From the NCBI RefSeq assembly GCF_000011325.1, contig NC_003450.3, positions 2,400,001 to 2,432,000 of the forward strand: a stretch of 32,000 nt of DNA, written 5' to 3'. Both the position numbers and the translations under genes were made by a program. Below are positions 23,913 to 32,000 of the stretch, piece by piece. Every line of letters begins with the position of its first letter. The stretch's first letter is position 1. This DNA is from Corynebacterium glutamicum ATCC 13032 (lineage in GTDB: Bacteria; Actinomycetota; Actinomycetes; Mycobacteriales; Mycobacteriaceae). The notes beneath the pieces were generated by a model. It was not told the origin of the DNA. It ran no database searches and saw only the letters and a program-made list of their open reading frames with translations.

Positions 23913-24941
23913 CTATTCGCCAGCGAGCACACGACCAACATACTTAGCAACGGCGGACACCTTAGAAATTGTTCCCGAGTAGTCCATATAGGTGGGGCCA
24001 ACCACCCCCAATCCGCCCAGTGCGCTGCCCTGGGAGCCGTAACCGGTGGTAATCACCGTTGCGCTGCGCAGCTCAATGTCTTCATTTTCGCCGCCAATAT
24101 GCACGCGCACTTGGTCAAGATCAGTGACATTGGACAGCAGTTTCAACATGACCACCTGCTCTTCCAAGGCTTCTAAAACCATGGGCAGGCTCGCGGAGGT
24201 TTCCCGGCTTAAGCGGGTGAGGTTTGAGGTGCCGGCGAGGATCAGGCGGTCAGAGGGTTGATCGACAAGCGTGTTCACCAGCACATCGCAGCAGCGGCGC
24301 ATGGCATCACGAATATCGGTTGGGGCTTGCTGAGCCAACTCTTCCAGCGCATCTGATGCAGCCGTCAGCGTTTTCTCCCCTAGCGCGCCGTTGAGCAGAT
24401 CGCGCAGCACATTAACTTCTTCCGCCGCCAGCGGTTCCTCAAGTTCCACGTTGCGCTGATCTACACGGCCAGTATCGGTAATGAGCACCAGCAGCAAGCG
24501 CATCGGCGACAGCGGCACCACCTCGCAGTGCTTCACGCGCGCTGTTTTCAGGGTGGGCAGCTGCACCACGGCAGCCTGATGGGTGAGCTGAGACAACAGC
24601 TGCACAGATCTGCGCAGCACGTCCTCTAAGTCCACTCCCCCTTCAAGGAAGCCCAAAATAGCGCGCCGTTCCGCCAGCGACAGCGGTTTGATGTCATGGA
24701 TGGAATCAACAAAAAGGCGGTAACCCCTTTCGGTTGGTACCCGGCCAGAACTTGCATGCTCCTGGACGATAAAGCCATCGGATTCCAGCACCGACATATC
24801 GTTGCGGATCGTCGCAGAACTCACGTTGAGCTTATGGCGCTCGAGGAGTGACTTCGATCCGACAGGTTCCTGAGACGCAATGTAATCAGCGACGATGGCC
24901 CGCAACACTTCGTATCTACGTTTCTCTGTTGCACTCACCAT
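23913..24941 (-). CDS. hrcA: Heat-inducible transcription repressor HrcA
   Basis: A 342-aa ORF with [63 protein letters not shown], the canonical HrcA N-terminus. Confidence 0.95.
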
Positions 24942-24962
24942 GTCTGTAACCCTACTAAATAT

Positions 24963-26105
24963 TTAGTCTTCTTCACTAAGCAAAATGTCGGCGATGATGC
25001 CGTCGGCAAGCAAACGTCCCGCATCGGTCACCGCCAGGTTGCCCAGCGCATTGACGTGCAGCAGGCCCCCTGCGATATGACGGTCGATGACCGGGCGCGC
25101 TGCGGGTGCGAAAAGGTTCAGCGGCACGCCTTGTTTCAGGCGCAAACCAAGCATGACGCGCTCGGTGTGGTGATCTTCCGCCGTCAGCCGCTCTGTTTCC
25201 TTAATGGGCAGCTCGCCGGCCGCAATCTGCGCGGAGTAACGCGCTGGGTGCTTGATGTTGTAGAAGCGGCGGTCGCCGATGTGCGAGTGCGCGCCCGGGC
25301 CCGCGCCCCACCAGTCGCCGTCGACCCAATAGCCCATGTTGTGCTTGCATTCTCCGCCGGGTTTCGCCCAGTTGGACACCTCGTACCAATCGAAACCAGC
25401 TGAGCGCAGGCGAGCGTCGATAAGCTCAAAACGATCAGCGTAGACATCCTCGTCCGGCGCTGGCAGCTCGCCCTTGCGCACCTTGCGCGCCATCGCCGTG
25501 CCATCTTCCACGATCAAGGAATAGGCAGACACGTGATCCACGTTCGCTTCGAGCACCGCATCCAGCGTCTTGCGGACATCATCATCGGTCTCTGTCGGCG
25601 TGCCATAAATCATGTCCAAATTGACATGCTCAAACCCCGCCTCACGTGCCTCCTTGGCCGCCGCCACCGGGCGCCCTGGGGTGTGCGTGCGGTCCAGCAC
25701 CTTCAAAACGCTTGACGACGCCGACTGCATCCCTAACGAAATCCTGTTGTAGCCCGCCTCACGCAGGCCATCGAAAAACTCAGGCGAGGTAGACTCCGGA
25801 TTGGACTCCGTGGTGACTTCCGCACCATCCGCAATGCCAAAAGTATTGCGCACAGCCCCCAAAACCCTGGCCAAACCGTCCGCACCAATCAACGACGGGG
25901 TACCCCCGCCAATAAAGATAGTTTCCGCCTGCCGAGGATTATCCAGCGAAGCCACAGCCATCTCCAACTCAACTTCCAACGAGTCAAGATAGGTGTCCGG
26001 GCCTGCAGTACTACCTAATTCCCCAGCAGTATAGGTGTTGAAATCGCAATAACCGCACCGAGTTGAACAAAACGGCACATGAATATACACACCAAAAACT
26101 GACAT
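24963..26105 (-). CDS. hemW: Radical SAM HemN-like protein (heme chaperone HemW / coproporphyrinogen III oxidase-like)
   Basis: YIHVPFCSTRCGYCDFNT (CxxxCxxC), followed by IFIGGGTPS and the HemN C-terminal domain. Its position upstream of hrcA is conserved in actinobacteria. Confidence 0.9.
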   Translation of the reverse strand: MSVFGVYIHVPFCSTRCGYCDFNTYTAGELGSTAGPDTYLDSLEVELEMAVASLDNPRQAETIFIGGGTPSLIGADGLARVLGAVRNTFGIADGAEVTTESNPESTSPEFFDGLREAGYNRISLGMQSASSSVLKVLDRTHTPGRPVAAAKEAREAGFEHVNLDMIYGTPTETDDDVRKTLDAVLEANVDHVSAYSLIVEDGTAMARKVRKGELPAPDEDVYADRFELIDARLRSAGFDWYEVSNWAKPGGECKHNMGYWVDGDWWGAGPGAHSHIGDRRFYNIKHPARYSAQIAAGELPIKETERLTAEDHHTERVMLGLRLKQGVPLNLFAPAARPVIDRHIAGGLLHVNALGNLAVTDAGRLLADGIIADILLSEED

Positions 26106-26181
26106 GCCCCAAGCCTAGTGCCTGCCCCCTATACATGATTAATTGATGTTAAACATAGCGAATTCCTAAGAACAGGGTAGA

Positions 26182-26703
26182 GTGCAGGGTATGAAACGGA
26201 AGATGGTCGCAGCGGCGCTGGCAACAGCGCTTCTTTTTGGGGCTGCACCTGCGCACGCTTCCGAATTGGTAGAGCCCACCACAGTTGCAGAGTCAGTGGC
26301 ACTCGATCCCAACAAAGCAATCAATATTCTCACCCCAGATCTCTGGGAAGACATTGAGGCAAAACCAGGCGATATCGTCCACATCCCCTACCAGGGCACC
26401 CGAAACTACGAGGACCTCACCGTAGAAGTCGCGAAACCTTTCGAAGATTTCCAAATCCTCGTCGGACTCGACAACAGCATCGTCATCGCAGTGCCAAAGA
26501 ACTTAAGTGGCGCAGCATCAGTCGCCCCAGTTTTCACTGTCTCTGACAAAAACGGTGAGATCGACTCTTTCACCATCAAAGTAAGCGTCGAGCCACGCCG
26601 CCAAAGCGACGAAGAAAAGCGCTCCGCACTATTTGATGTCATCTCTGAGCTTGCCTACCGCATGCCTCATCTGCCATTCGTGTCAGAGTTGCTGAAGTAC
26701 TAG
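26182..26703 (+). CDS. Secreted hypothetical protein
   Basis: The signal peptide MKRKMVAAALATALLFGAAPAHA|SE has an AHA cleavage-type site. The ATG at 26191 is an alternative to the GTG at 26182. I recognise no family. Confidence 0.65.
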   Translation: MQGMKRKMVAAALATALLFGAAPAHASELVEPTTVAESVALDPNKAINILTPDLWEDIEAKPGDIVHIPYQGTRNYEDLTVEVAKPFEDFQILVGLDNSIVIAVPKNLSGAASVAPVFTVSDKNGEIDSFTIKVSVEPRRQSDEEKRSALFDVISELAYRMPHLPFVSELLKY

Positions 26704-26715
26704 AACAGTAACGAG

Positions 26716-26758
26716 AAAACCCCGGGAGTCGCGTTGAGCGCCCGGGGTTTTAGTTTTT
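26716..26758. terminator. Bidirectional rho-independent terminator between convergent genes
   Basis: aaaaccccggg (26716-26726) / cccggggtttt (26741-26751) with a 14-nt loop. The flanking A-run and T-run give a U-tail on both strands (tagttttt on plus, ttttctcgtt on minus). Confidence 0.8.
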
Positions 26759-26773
26759 GCTGCACCGAGATTT

Positions 26774-27469
26774 CTAGGAAACAGCGTTGCGCTTTTGCGC
26801 AAGCTTGTCTGCAACCCGGGCCACGACAGCGTCGATACGCGCACGCTCAAGCAGGAAACGTGGCGGGTTGCTGCCTCGCATGGTGCGCACATACGCCGGA
26901 TTGGCGGTGCCCACTGCGTTGATCCATGCGCTGGTGGCGCTTTCGATCACCGCTGCAACGCGGCCATAAAGCAGTGGCAGAGACAGGGAATCCAGATCGT
27001 TGGCCACCTTGTCAGTTTCCGCCAGCACCCACTCCACAGTGGCCTCCAGGCGCTTAACCACAGCGTCTGTGCGCGCATTGAGCGCGGTCGACAGATCGCG
27101 TACATCAACGAGGCCGGCATCAATATCGAAGTCGCGCTCCAGCTCGGAGGCGGTCAGGCGTTCCGGCTTATCGACGTCCACCTCCACCGTGGCTCTAGCG
27201 CTCACGGTGCCCTGACGGATACCAGTGGTTAGTGCGTGACGCAGGCCTGAAAGTTCAGCCACAACAGTGCGGGAGTCATCGCGGGCTTCAGTGATGATCT
27301 CATCGAATTCAGCGAGGCAATCTTCCACGAGCTCCAGATCCCAGTCGGAGACTGCTTCCATGATGTGCTCAATGTATTCAGCGACCTCGTCGCCGATGTT
27401 GTAGATCTCCTGGGTCAGCTCTCGGTGGCGTAGCTGTGCGGTTGTACTGCTCATCGCGTTCCAACACAC
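26774..27469 (-). CDS. Hypothetical acidic, predicted helical protein
   Basis: An ORF of 231 aa from the GTG at 27469, or 226 aa from the ATG at 27454 (MSSTTAQLRHRELTQEIYNIGDEV...). It is rich in Asp/Glu/Ala/Leu/Val and has no motif I recognise. The aaaaggaag sequence sits directly against the GTG, so the start is ambiguous. Confidence 0.6.
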   Translation of the reverse strand: MCWNAMSSTTAQLRHRELTQEIYNIGDEVAEYIEHIMEAVSDWDLELVEDCLAEFDEIITEARDDSRTVVAELSGLRHALTTGIRQGTVSARATVEVDVDKPERLTASELERDFDIDAGLVDVRDLSTALNARTDAVVKRLEATVEWVLAETDKVANDLDSLSLPLLYGRVAAVIESATSAWINAVGTANPAYVRTMRGSNPPRFLLERARIDAVVARVADKLAQKRNAVS

Positions 27470-27804
27470 CTTCCTTTTCTTGCCTCGTAGCTAAAGTTCT
27501 AGCCGGTCTTGATCCGGTTTGCTAGCCGTCCTCTAGCCAATTTCTCAGCTATTTTCCAGCTAACATTCGCACCAAACACGACAGGAGTCACACGGTTAAC
27601 AACCATGTTTTTCAAGCTCTTTAGTGCATTTTCACACCTTGAGACCCTCAAGTAACACTTGAGAGTTTCCCTTAACGGGTTCTGACTTTATGTGAAACAG
27701 CTTGGAATGTCGTGACGGCGCGCCGGTGTGTCGGAAATTTGAGGTCGTGAGATGAAGCAAGAGCTGACAGCGATTGCGGTTACCTCACTAAAGCCCGAGA
27801 AAAA

Positions 27805-28185
27805 TCACCACGGCAATGCCGGCAACTCCATCGCCGAGACCAATTCATTGAGAATCCGCGTGGGTTCGCCACGTGACTCCTCATCAGATAGTCGCGACAA
27901 ATATTTATCTACAACCTTCAGGGCTGCCGGCTCGGTTCCCTGCTGGCCAATGCACTCCACCACATACTGCGGATTATCCTGAGCGAAAAGCCACTCGGGA
28001 TCACCAAACGTCAGACCCGGATTTGAGCCCAAAGTAAAGAACTCTTCATCCCCGTCCGTGCCAGTGGCTGCAATGTAGGCGAAATCCTCCATCACGCCCA
28101 CAGCGAAGCGTGTTGGTGCTTCGCCGACTTCGGTGCGGGTCCATGTCGATCCATCCCAATCAAATTGGGTCTCTGTGTTACTCAT
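27805..28185 (-). CDS. Small acidic hypothetical protein joined to fadD by an ATGA overlap
   Basis: A 126-aa ORF, MSNTETQFDWDGSTWTRTEVGEAPTRF...DGDEEFFTLGSNPGLTFGDPEWLF... Its ATG (28185-28183) overlaps the fadD TGA (28184-28182) as ATGA. Confidence 0.6.
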   Translation of the reverse strand: MSNTETQFDWDGSTWTRTEVGEAPTRFAVGVMEDFAYIAATGTDGDEEFFTLGSNPGLTFGDPEWLFAQDNPQYVVECIGQQGTEPAALKVVDKYLSRLSDEESRGEPTRILNELVSAMELPALPW

Positions 28186-30041
28186 CGGTTGTAGATGTGG
28201 TCGATGGCGTCTGCGTAACGGCGAACAACAACGTTGCGCTTGACCTTCAGCGTTGGGGTCAGCTCGTCGGCTTCCTCGGTCAGGTCGCGATCAAGGATGT
28301 AGAACCGCTTGATCGCCTCTGAATGAGACACCGTGGCATTAGCGTTGTTGACTGCATCCTGGATTTCCGCACGCAGTGCAGGATCAGTAGCAATCTCAGA
28401 AACCGTGCGGGATTCCGCAATGTTGTGGTTCAGCTTCCACCGCTTCAACATATCTGGATCCAAGGTCACCAGCAGGCCAACGAATGGTTTACCATCGCCC
28501 ACCACCATGGCCTGGCTGACCAGTGGGTGTGCGCGGATGATGTCTTCCATGGGTCCTGGGGAAACGTTCTTGCCGCCCGCGGTCACGATCAGATCTTTCT
28601 TACGTCCGGTGATCACCAGGTGTCCAGACTCCAACAGCTCACCCAGATCGCCGGTGTTGAACCAACCGTCGTGGAGGGCTTCTGCTGTGGCTTCTGGGTT
28701 GTTCCAATATCCCTGGAACAACATCTCGCCTTTTAGCATGATTTCGCCATCTTCATTGATCTTGATGGTCATGCCACCCATCGGCTTACCCACAGTGCCG
28801 ATCTTTTGATCAGTGAAGTCCACCGCTGCAGCAGCCGCAGATTCCGTCAGACCATAACCTTCGTAGATGGTCATGCCCACACCGCGGAAGAAGTGCAGCA
28901 GCTCCTGCCCCATCGCTGAACCACCGGTGATGGCGTACTGCACATCGCCACCGACAGCTGCACGGATCTTGGAGTACACCAGCTTGTCAAACGCTTTATG
29001 TGCCATAACCTGGGACTTGCTTGGGCCTTCTGCAGTATCAAGAGCCATGGAGTATTCAATGGCCGCCTTTTCGGCACGCTCAAACATGATGCGCTTGATT
29101 GCGCCACCGTCAGCAGCATTAGCAGCAGCGGCGTTGCGGACCTTTTCAAACACGCGTGGAACACCCAAAATCAGGTTCGGGCGGGAACGCTGCAGTTCCA
29201 AAGTAAGGGTGCTGAAATCAGACCAGTGGGACTGGGTTGCACCGGTGACAGCGAAGGCCAAGTGCACTGCGCGAGCAAGAACGTGCGCCAAAGGAAGGAA
29301 GGTGAGCAACCTTGAACCTGGCATCGCGATCGCTCCGATGTCATTGGTGATCAGCGCTCGGACCTCAGCCAACCAGTGGTAGTGGGACAACTCGCAGCCC
29401 TTCGGCCTACCAGTTGTGCCAGAGGTGTACACCAAAGACGCCAGGTCAGCGGCCTTGGTTGCATGAATGCGTTCCCACACCAGCTCATCAGAAAGCTCGC
29501 GGCCCTCAAACTTCAAGGTCTCCAACGCCGAAGAGTTGATCTCTAGAATGCGGCGCAGCTTGGAAGGTGAACCCTTAATCGCTGGAGTTCCGTCTTCACC
29601 GATGACCAGGTTCTTCATCAAGTCGGTATGATCAGGGGTTTCGGTAATGGCCAAAACAGCGCCGGAATCCTCAATGATCCACTCAATTTGGGACAGTGAA
29701 GAGGAGCTGTAGATAGGCACGCTCACTGCGCCAGCGGCCCAGATAGCGAAATCAAGCACAGCCCACTCATAGCGAGTATTGGACAGCAGCGCGACACGGT
29801 CTCCCTGCTCTACGCCGACTGAAATAATTCCTTTTGCAACCGCAAAAACCTCGTCCTGAAATTCTTTGGCAGTTACATTCACCCACTCATAGTTGGCAGG
29901 CTTGCTGAACAAAACTCCGTAAGGTCGAGTCTTAATCTGATCTAGAAGGGCGGTCAGGCAGGTTTCAGATTCTCCGATGGTGTACTTGGCAGGTTCAGTG
30001 TATTCCTGCAGGGTATTAGGTGAAGTCATGGTCAAATTCAA
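28182..30041 (-). CDS. fadD: Long-chain fatty-acid--CoA ligase (AMP-forming)
   Basis: A 619-aa ORF with the AMP-binding signature LVYTSGTTGRPKGCELSH, then YEGYGLTE, the GWFNTGDLG motif and ...RKKDLIVTAGGKNVSP. Confidence 0.9.
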   Translation of the reverse strand: MNLTMTSPNTLQEYTEPAKYTIGESETCLTALLDQIKTRPYGVLFSKPANYEWVNVTAKEFQDEVFAVAKGIISVGVEQGDRVALLSNTRYEWAVLDFAIWAAGAVSVPIYSSSSLSQIEWIIEDSGAVLAITETPDHTDLMKNLVIGEDGTPAIKGSPSKLRRILEINSSALETLKFEGRELSDELVWERIHATKAADLASLVYTSGTTGRPKGCELSHYHWLAEVRALITNDIGAIAMPGSRLLTFLPLAHVLARAVHLAFAVTGATQSHWSDFSTLTLELQRSRPNLILGVPRVFEKVRNAAAANAADGGAIKRIMFERAEKAAIEYSMALDTAEGPSKSQVMAHKAFDKLVYSKIRAAVGGDVQYAITGGSAMGQELLHFFRGVGMTIYEGYGLTESAAAAAVDFTDQKIGTVGKPMGGMTIKINEDGEIMLKGEMLFQGYWNNPEATAEALHDGWFNTGDLGELLESGHLVITGRKKDLIVTAGGKNVSPGPMEDIIRAHPLVSQAMVVGDGKPFVGLLVTLDPDMLKRWKLNHNIAESRTVSEIATDPALRAEIQDAVNNANATVSHSEAIKRFYILDRDLTEEADELTPTLKVKRNVVVRRYADAIDHIYNR

Positions 30042-30296
30042 CCTTTCCTTTAATTTGGCTGTACTTGTGTCGTCACGTCTTTAGTCACGTTTTTGGTCAG
30101 ATCTTTAGGCATATCTTTAACCACATGGAATTTTTCTCTATGTATTCAGTGTGTCAATAACTTCTTATATCTGCACCAATCAGGGTGTATAAAAGCCACC
30201 CCAAAGCCCAATCCAAAAGATGTATTTTCTAACAAACTTACCCTCACGCTACAAATATGCTGTGCCCACACGCTATTAGTGGCATAATGTTGTGTT

Positions 30297-32000
30297 GTGA
30301 CTGCTCGCAGATTTTTGAATGAACTCGCCGATCTCTACGGCGTAGCAACTTCCTACACTGATTACAAAGGTGCCCATATTGAGGTCAGCGATGACACATT
30401 AGTGAAAATCCTGCGTGCTCTGGGTGTGAATTTAGATACAAGCAACCTCCCCAACGATGACGCTATCCAACGCCAAATTGCCCTCTTCCATGATCGAGAG
30501 TTCACTCGCCCACTGCCTCCATCGGTGGTTGCAGTTGAAGGTGATGAACTAGTTTTCCCGGTGCATGTGCACGACGGTTCCCCTGCAGATGTCCACATCG
30601 AATTGGAAGACGGCACGCAGCGGGATGTTTCTCAGGTGGAAAACTGGACAGCGCCACGGGAAATTGATGGGATTAGGTGGGGCGAGGCATCGTTTAAGAT
30701 TCCTGGTGATCTCCCCTTGGGTTGGCACAAGCTTCACCTTAAATCCAATGAACGCTCAGCTGAGTGCGGTTTGATCATCACCCCGGCTCGTCTGTCTACT
30801 GCTGATAAGTATCTTGATTCCCCTCGCAGTGGTGTCATGGCGCAGATCTACTCTGTGCGTTCCACGTTGTCGTGGGGCATGGGTGATTTCAATGATTTAG
30901 GAAACTTGGCAAGTGTGGTTGCCCAGGATGGAGCAGACTTCCTGCTCATCAACCCCATGCACGCTGCAGAGCCGCTGCCTCCTACTGAGGACTCTCCTTA
31001 TCTGCCCACAACCAGGCGCTTTATCAACCCGATCTACATTCGGGTAGAAGATATTCCGGAGTTTAATCAGCTTGAGATTGATCTACGCGATGATATCGCA
31101 GAGATGGCTGCGGAATTCCGCGAACGCAATCTGACCTCAGACATCATTGAGCGCAATGACGTCTACGCTGCAAAGCTTCAAGTGCTGCGCGCCATTTTTG
31201 AAATGCCTCGTTCCAGCGAACGTGAAGCCAACTTTGTCTCCTTCGTGCAACGGGAAGGCCAAGGTCTTATTGATTTCGCCACCTGGTGCGCGGACCGCGA
31301 AACTGCACAGTCTGAATCTGTCCACGGAACTGAGCCAGACCGCGATGAGCTGACCATGTTCTACATGTGGTTGCAGTGGCTATGTGATGAGCAGCTGGCG
31401 GCAGCTCAAAAGCGCGCTGTCGATGCCGGAATGTCGATCGGCATCATGGCAGACCTGGCAGTTGGTGTGCATCCAGGTGGTGCTGATGCCCAGAACCTCA
31501 GCCACGTACTTGCTCCGGATGCGTCAGTGGGCGCCCCACCAGATGGATACAACCAGCAGGGCCAAGACTGGTCCCAGCCACCATGGCATCCAGTGCGTCT
31601 TGCAGAGGAAGGCTACATTCCGTGGCGTAATCTGCTGCGCACTGTGCTGCGTCACTCCGGCGGAATCCGCGTGGACCACGTTCTTGGTTTGTTCAGGCTC
31701 TTTGTCATGCCACGCATGCAATCCCCTGCTACGGGCACCTATATCCGCTTCGACCATAATGCGTTGGTAGGCATTCTAGCCCTAGAAGCAGAACTCGCAG
31801 GCGCCGTTGTCATTGGTGAAGATCTGGGAACGTTTGAGCCTTGGGTACAAGATGCATTGGCTCAGCGTGGCATCATGGGCACCTCGATCCTATGGTTCGA
31901 GCATTCCCCAAGCCAGCCGGGTCCTCGCCGCCAGGAAGAGTATCGTCCGCTGGCCTTGACCACTGTGACCACTCATGATCTCCCTCCGACTGCTGGTTAT
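30297..32000 (+). CDS. malQ: 4-alpha-glucanotransferase (amylomaltase), N-terminal 568 codons; continues past the window end
   Basis: From the GTG at 30297 the frame stays open to position 32000: VTARRFLNELADLYGVATSYTDYKGAHIEVSDDTLVKILRALGVNLD... then GVMAQIYSVRSTLSWGMGDFNDLGNLASVVAQDGADFLLINPMHAAEP....SPYLPTTRRFINPIYIRVEDIPEF, the GH77 signature. It is missing from the ORF track because no stop codon falls in the window. Confidence 0.9.
   Translation, partial: MTARRFLNELADLYGVATSYTDYKGAHIEVSDDTLVKILRALGVNLDTSNLPNDDAIQRQIALFHDREFTRPLPPSVVAVEGDELVFPVHVHDGSPADVHIELEDGTQRDVSQVENWTAPREIDGIRWGEASFKIPGDLPLGWHKLHLKSNERSAECGLIITPARLSTADKYLDSPRSGVMAQIYSVRSTLSWGMGDFNDLGNLASVVAQDGADFLLINPMHAAEPLPPTEDSPYLPTTRRFINPIYIRVEDIPEFNQLEIDLRDDIAEMAAEFRERNLTSDIIERNDVYAAKLQVLRAIFEMPRSSEREANFVSFVQREGQGLIDFATWCADRETAQSESVHGTEPDRDELTMFYMWLQWLCDEQLAAAQKRAVDAGMSIGIMADLAVGVHPGGADAQNLSHVLAPDASVGAPPDGYNQQGQDWSQPPWHPVRLAEEGYIPWRNLLRTVLRHSGGIRVDHVLGLFRLFVMPRMQSPATGTYIRFDHNALVGILALEAELAGAVVIGEDLGTFEPWVQDALAQRGIMGTSILWFEHSPSQPGPRRQEEYRPLALTTVTTHDLPPTAGY

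Noticed and set aside
24942-26181. A CIRCE operator (TTAGCACTC-N9-GAGTGCTAA) upstream of hrcA or hemW
   Set aside because: No sequence close to the CIRCE inverted repeat is visible in the 21-bp hemW-hrcA gap or in the 26106-26181 region upstream of hemW.
27752-27982. A 76-aa plus-strand ORF overlapping the 3' end of the small acidic gene
   Set aside because: It overlaps the 27805-28185 ORF, which abuts fadD, in antisense orientation. It has no Shine-Dalgarno sequence or recognisable motif.

Overview
This window looks like a Corynebacterium glutamicum-type actinobacterial chromosome segment. I infer that from gene order and recalled protein motifs, since no database search was possible. Most of it is conserved housekeeping backbone. 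On the minus strand: dnaG (5' part), glmS, dgt, a DUF218/YdcF-like gene and glyS, then a long co-directional block running hemW-hrcA-dnaJ-rsmE-phoH-ybeY-CBS/DUF21-era-recO-uppS-VIT1/ferritin-like, followed by fadD. On the plus strand: a TPM-domain membrane protein, an ArsR-type regulator with a Fur-family (Zur-like) regulator, and the 5' part of malQ.

Several accessory or unexplained pieces sit between these blocks:
1. A membrane-anchored or secreted RNase Sa/barnase-family ribonuclease with an abutting barstar-like inhibitor gene, next to dnaG.
2. A roughly 965-bp gene-poor interval between glmS and dgt holding what looks like a twice-frameshifted ORF remnant.
3. A 743-bp convergent intergenic region with two 116-bp direct repeats (about 90% identical, no indels) and further internal repeats.
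4. Two tandem, distantly paralogous genes of unknown function that share a C-terminal FLSW motif.
5. A DUF222/HNH (13E12-repeat-like) gene between zur and the uppS block.
6. A small acidic ORF joined to fadD by an ATGA overlap.

I found no rRNA, tRNA, CRISPR array, transposase or recognisable multi-gene defence system, and cannot claim a complete novel system. The best candidates for undescribed biology are the repeat-bearing intergenic region together with the adjacent paralog pair at about 9.0-10.9 kb. All family assignments are from motif recognition by eye and need a homology search.
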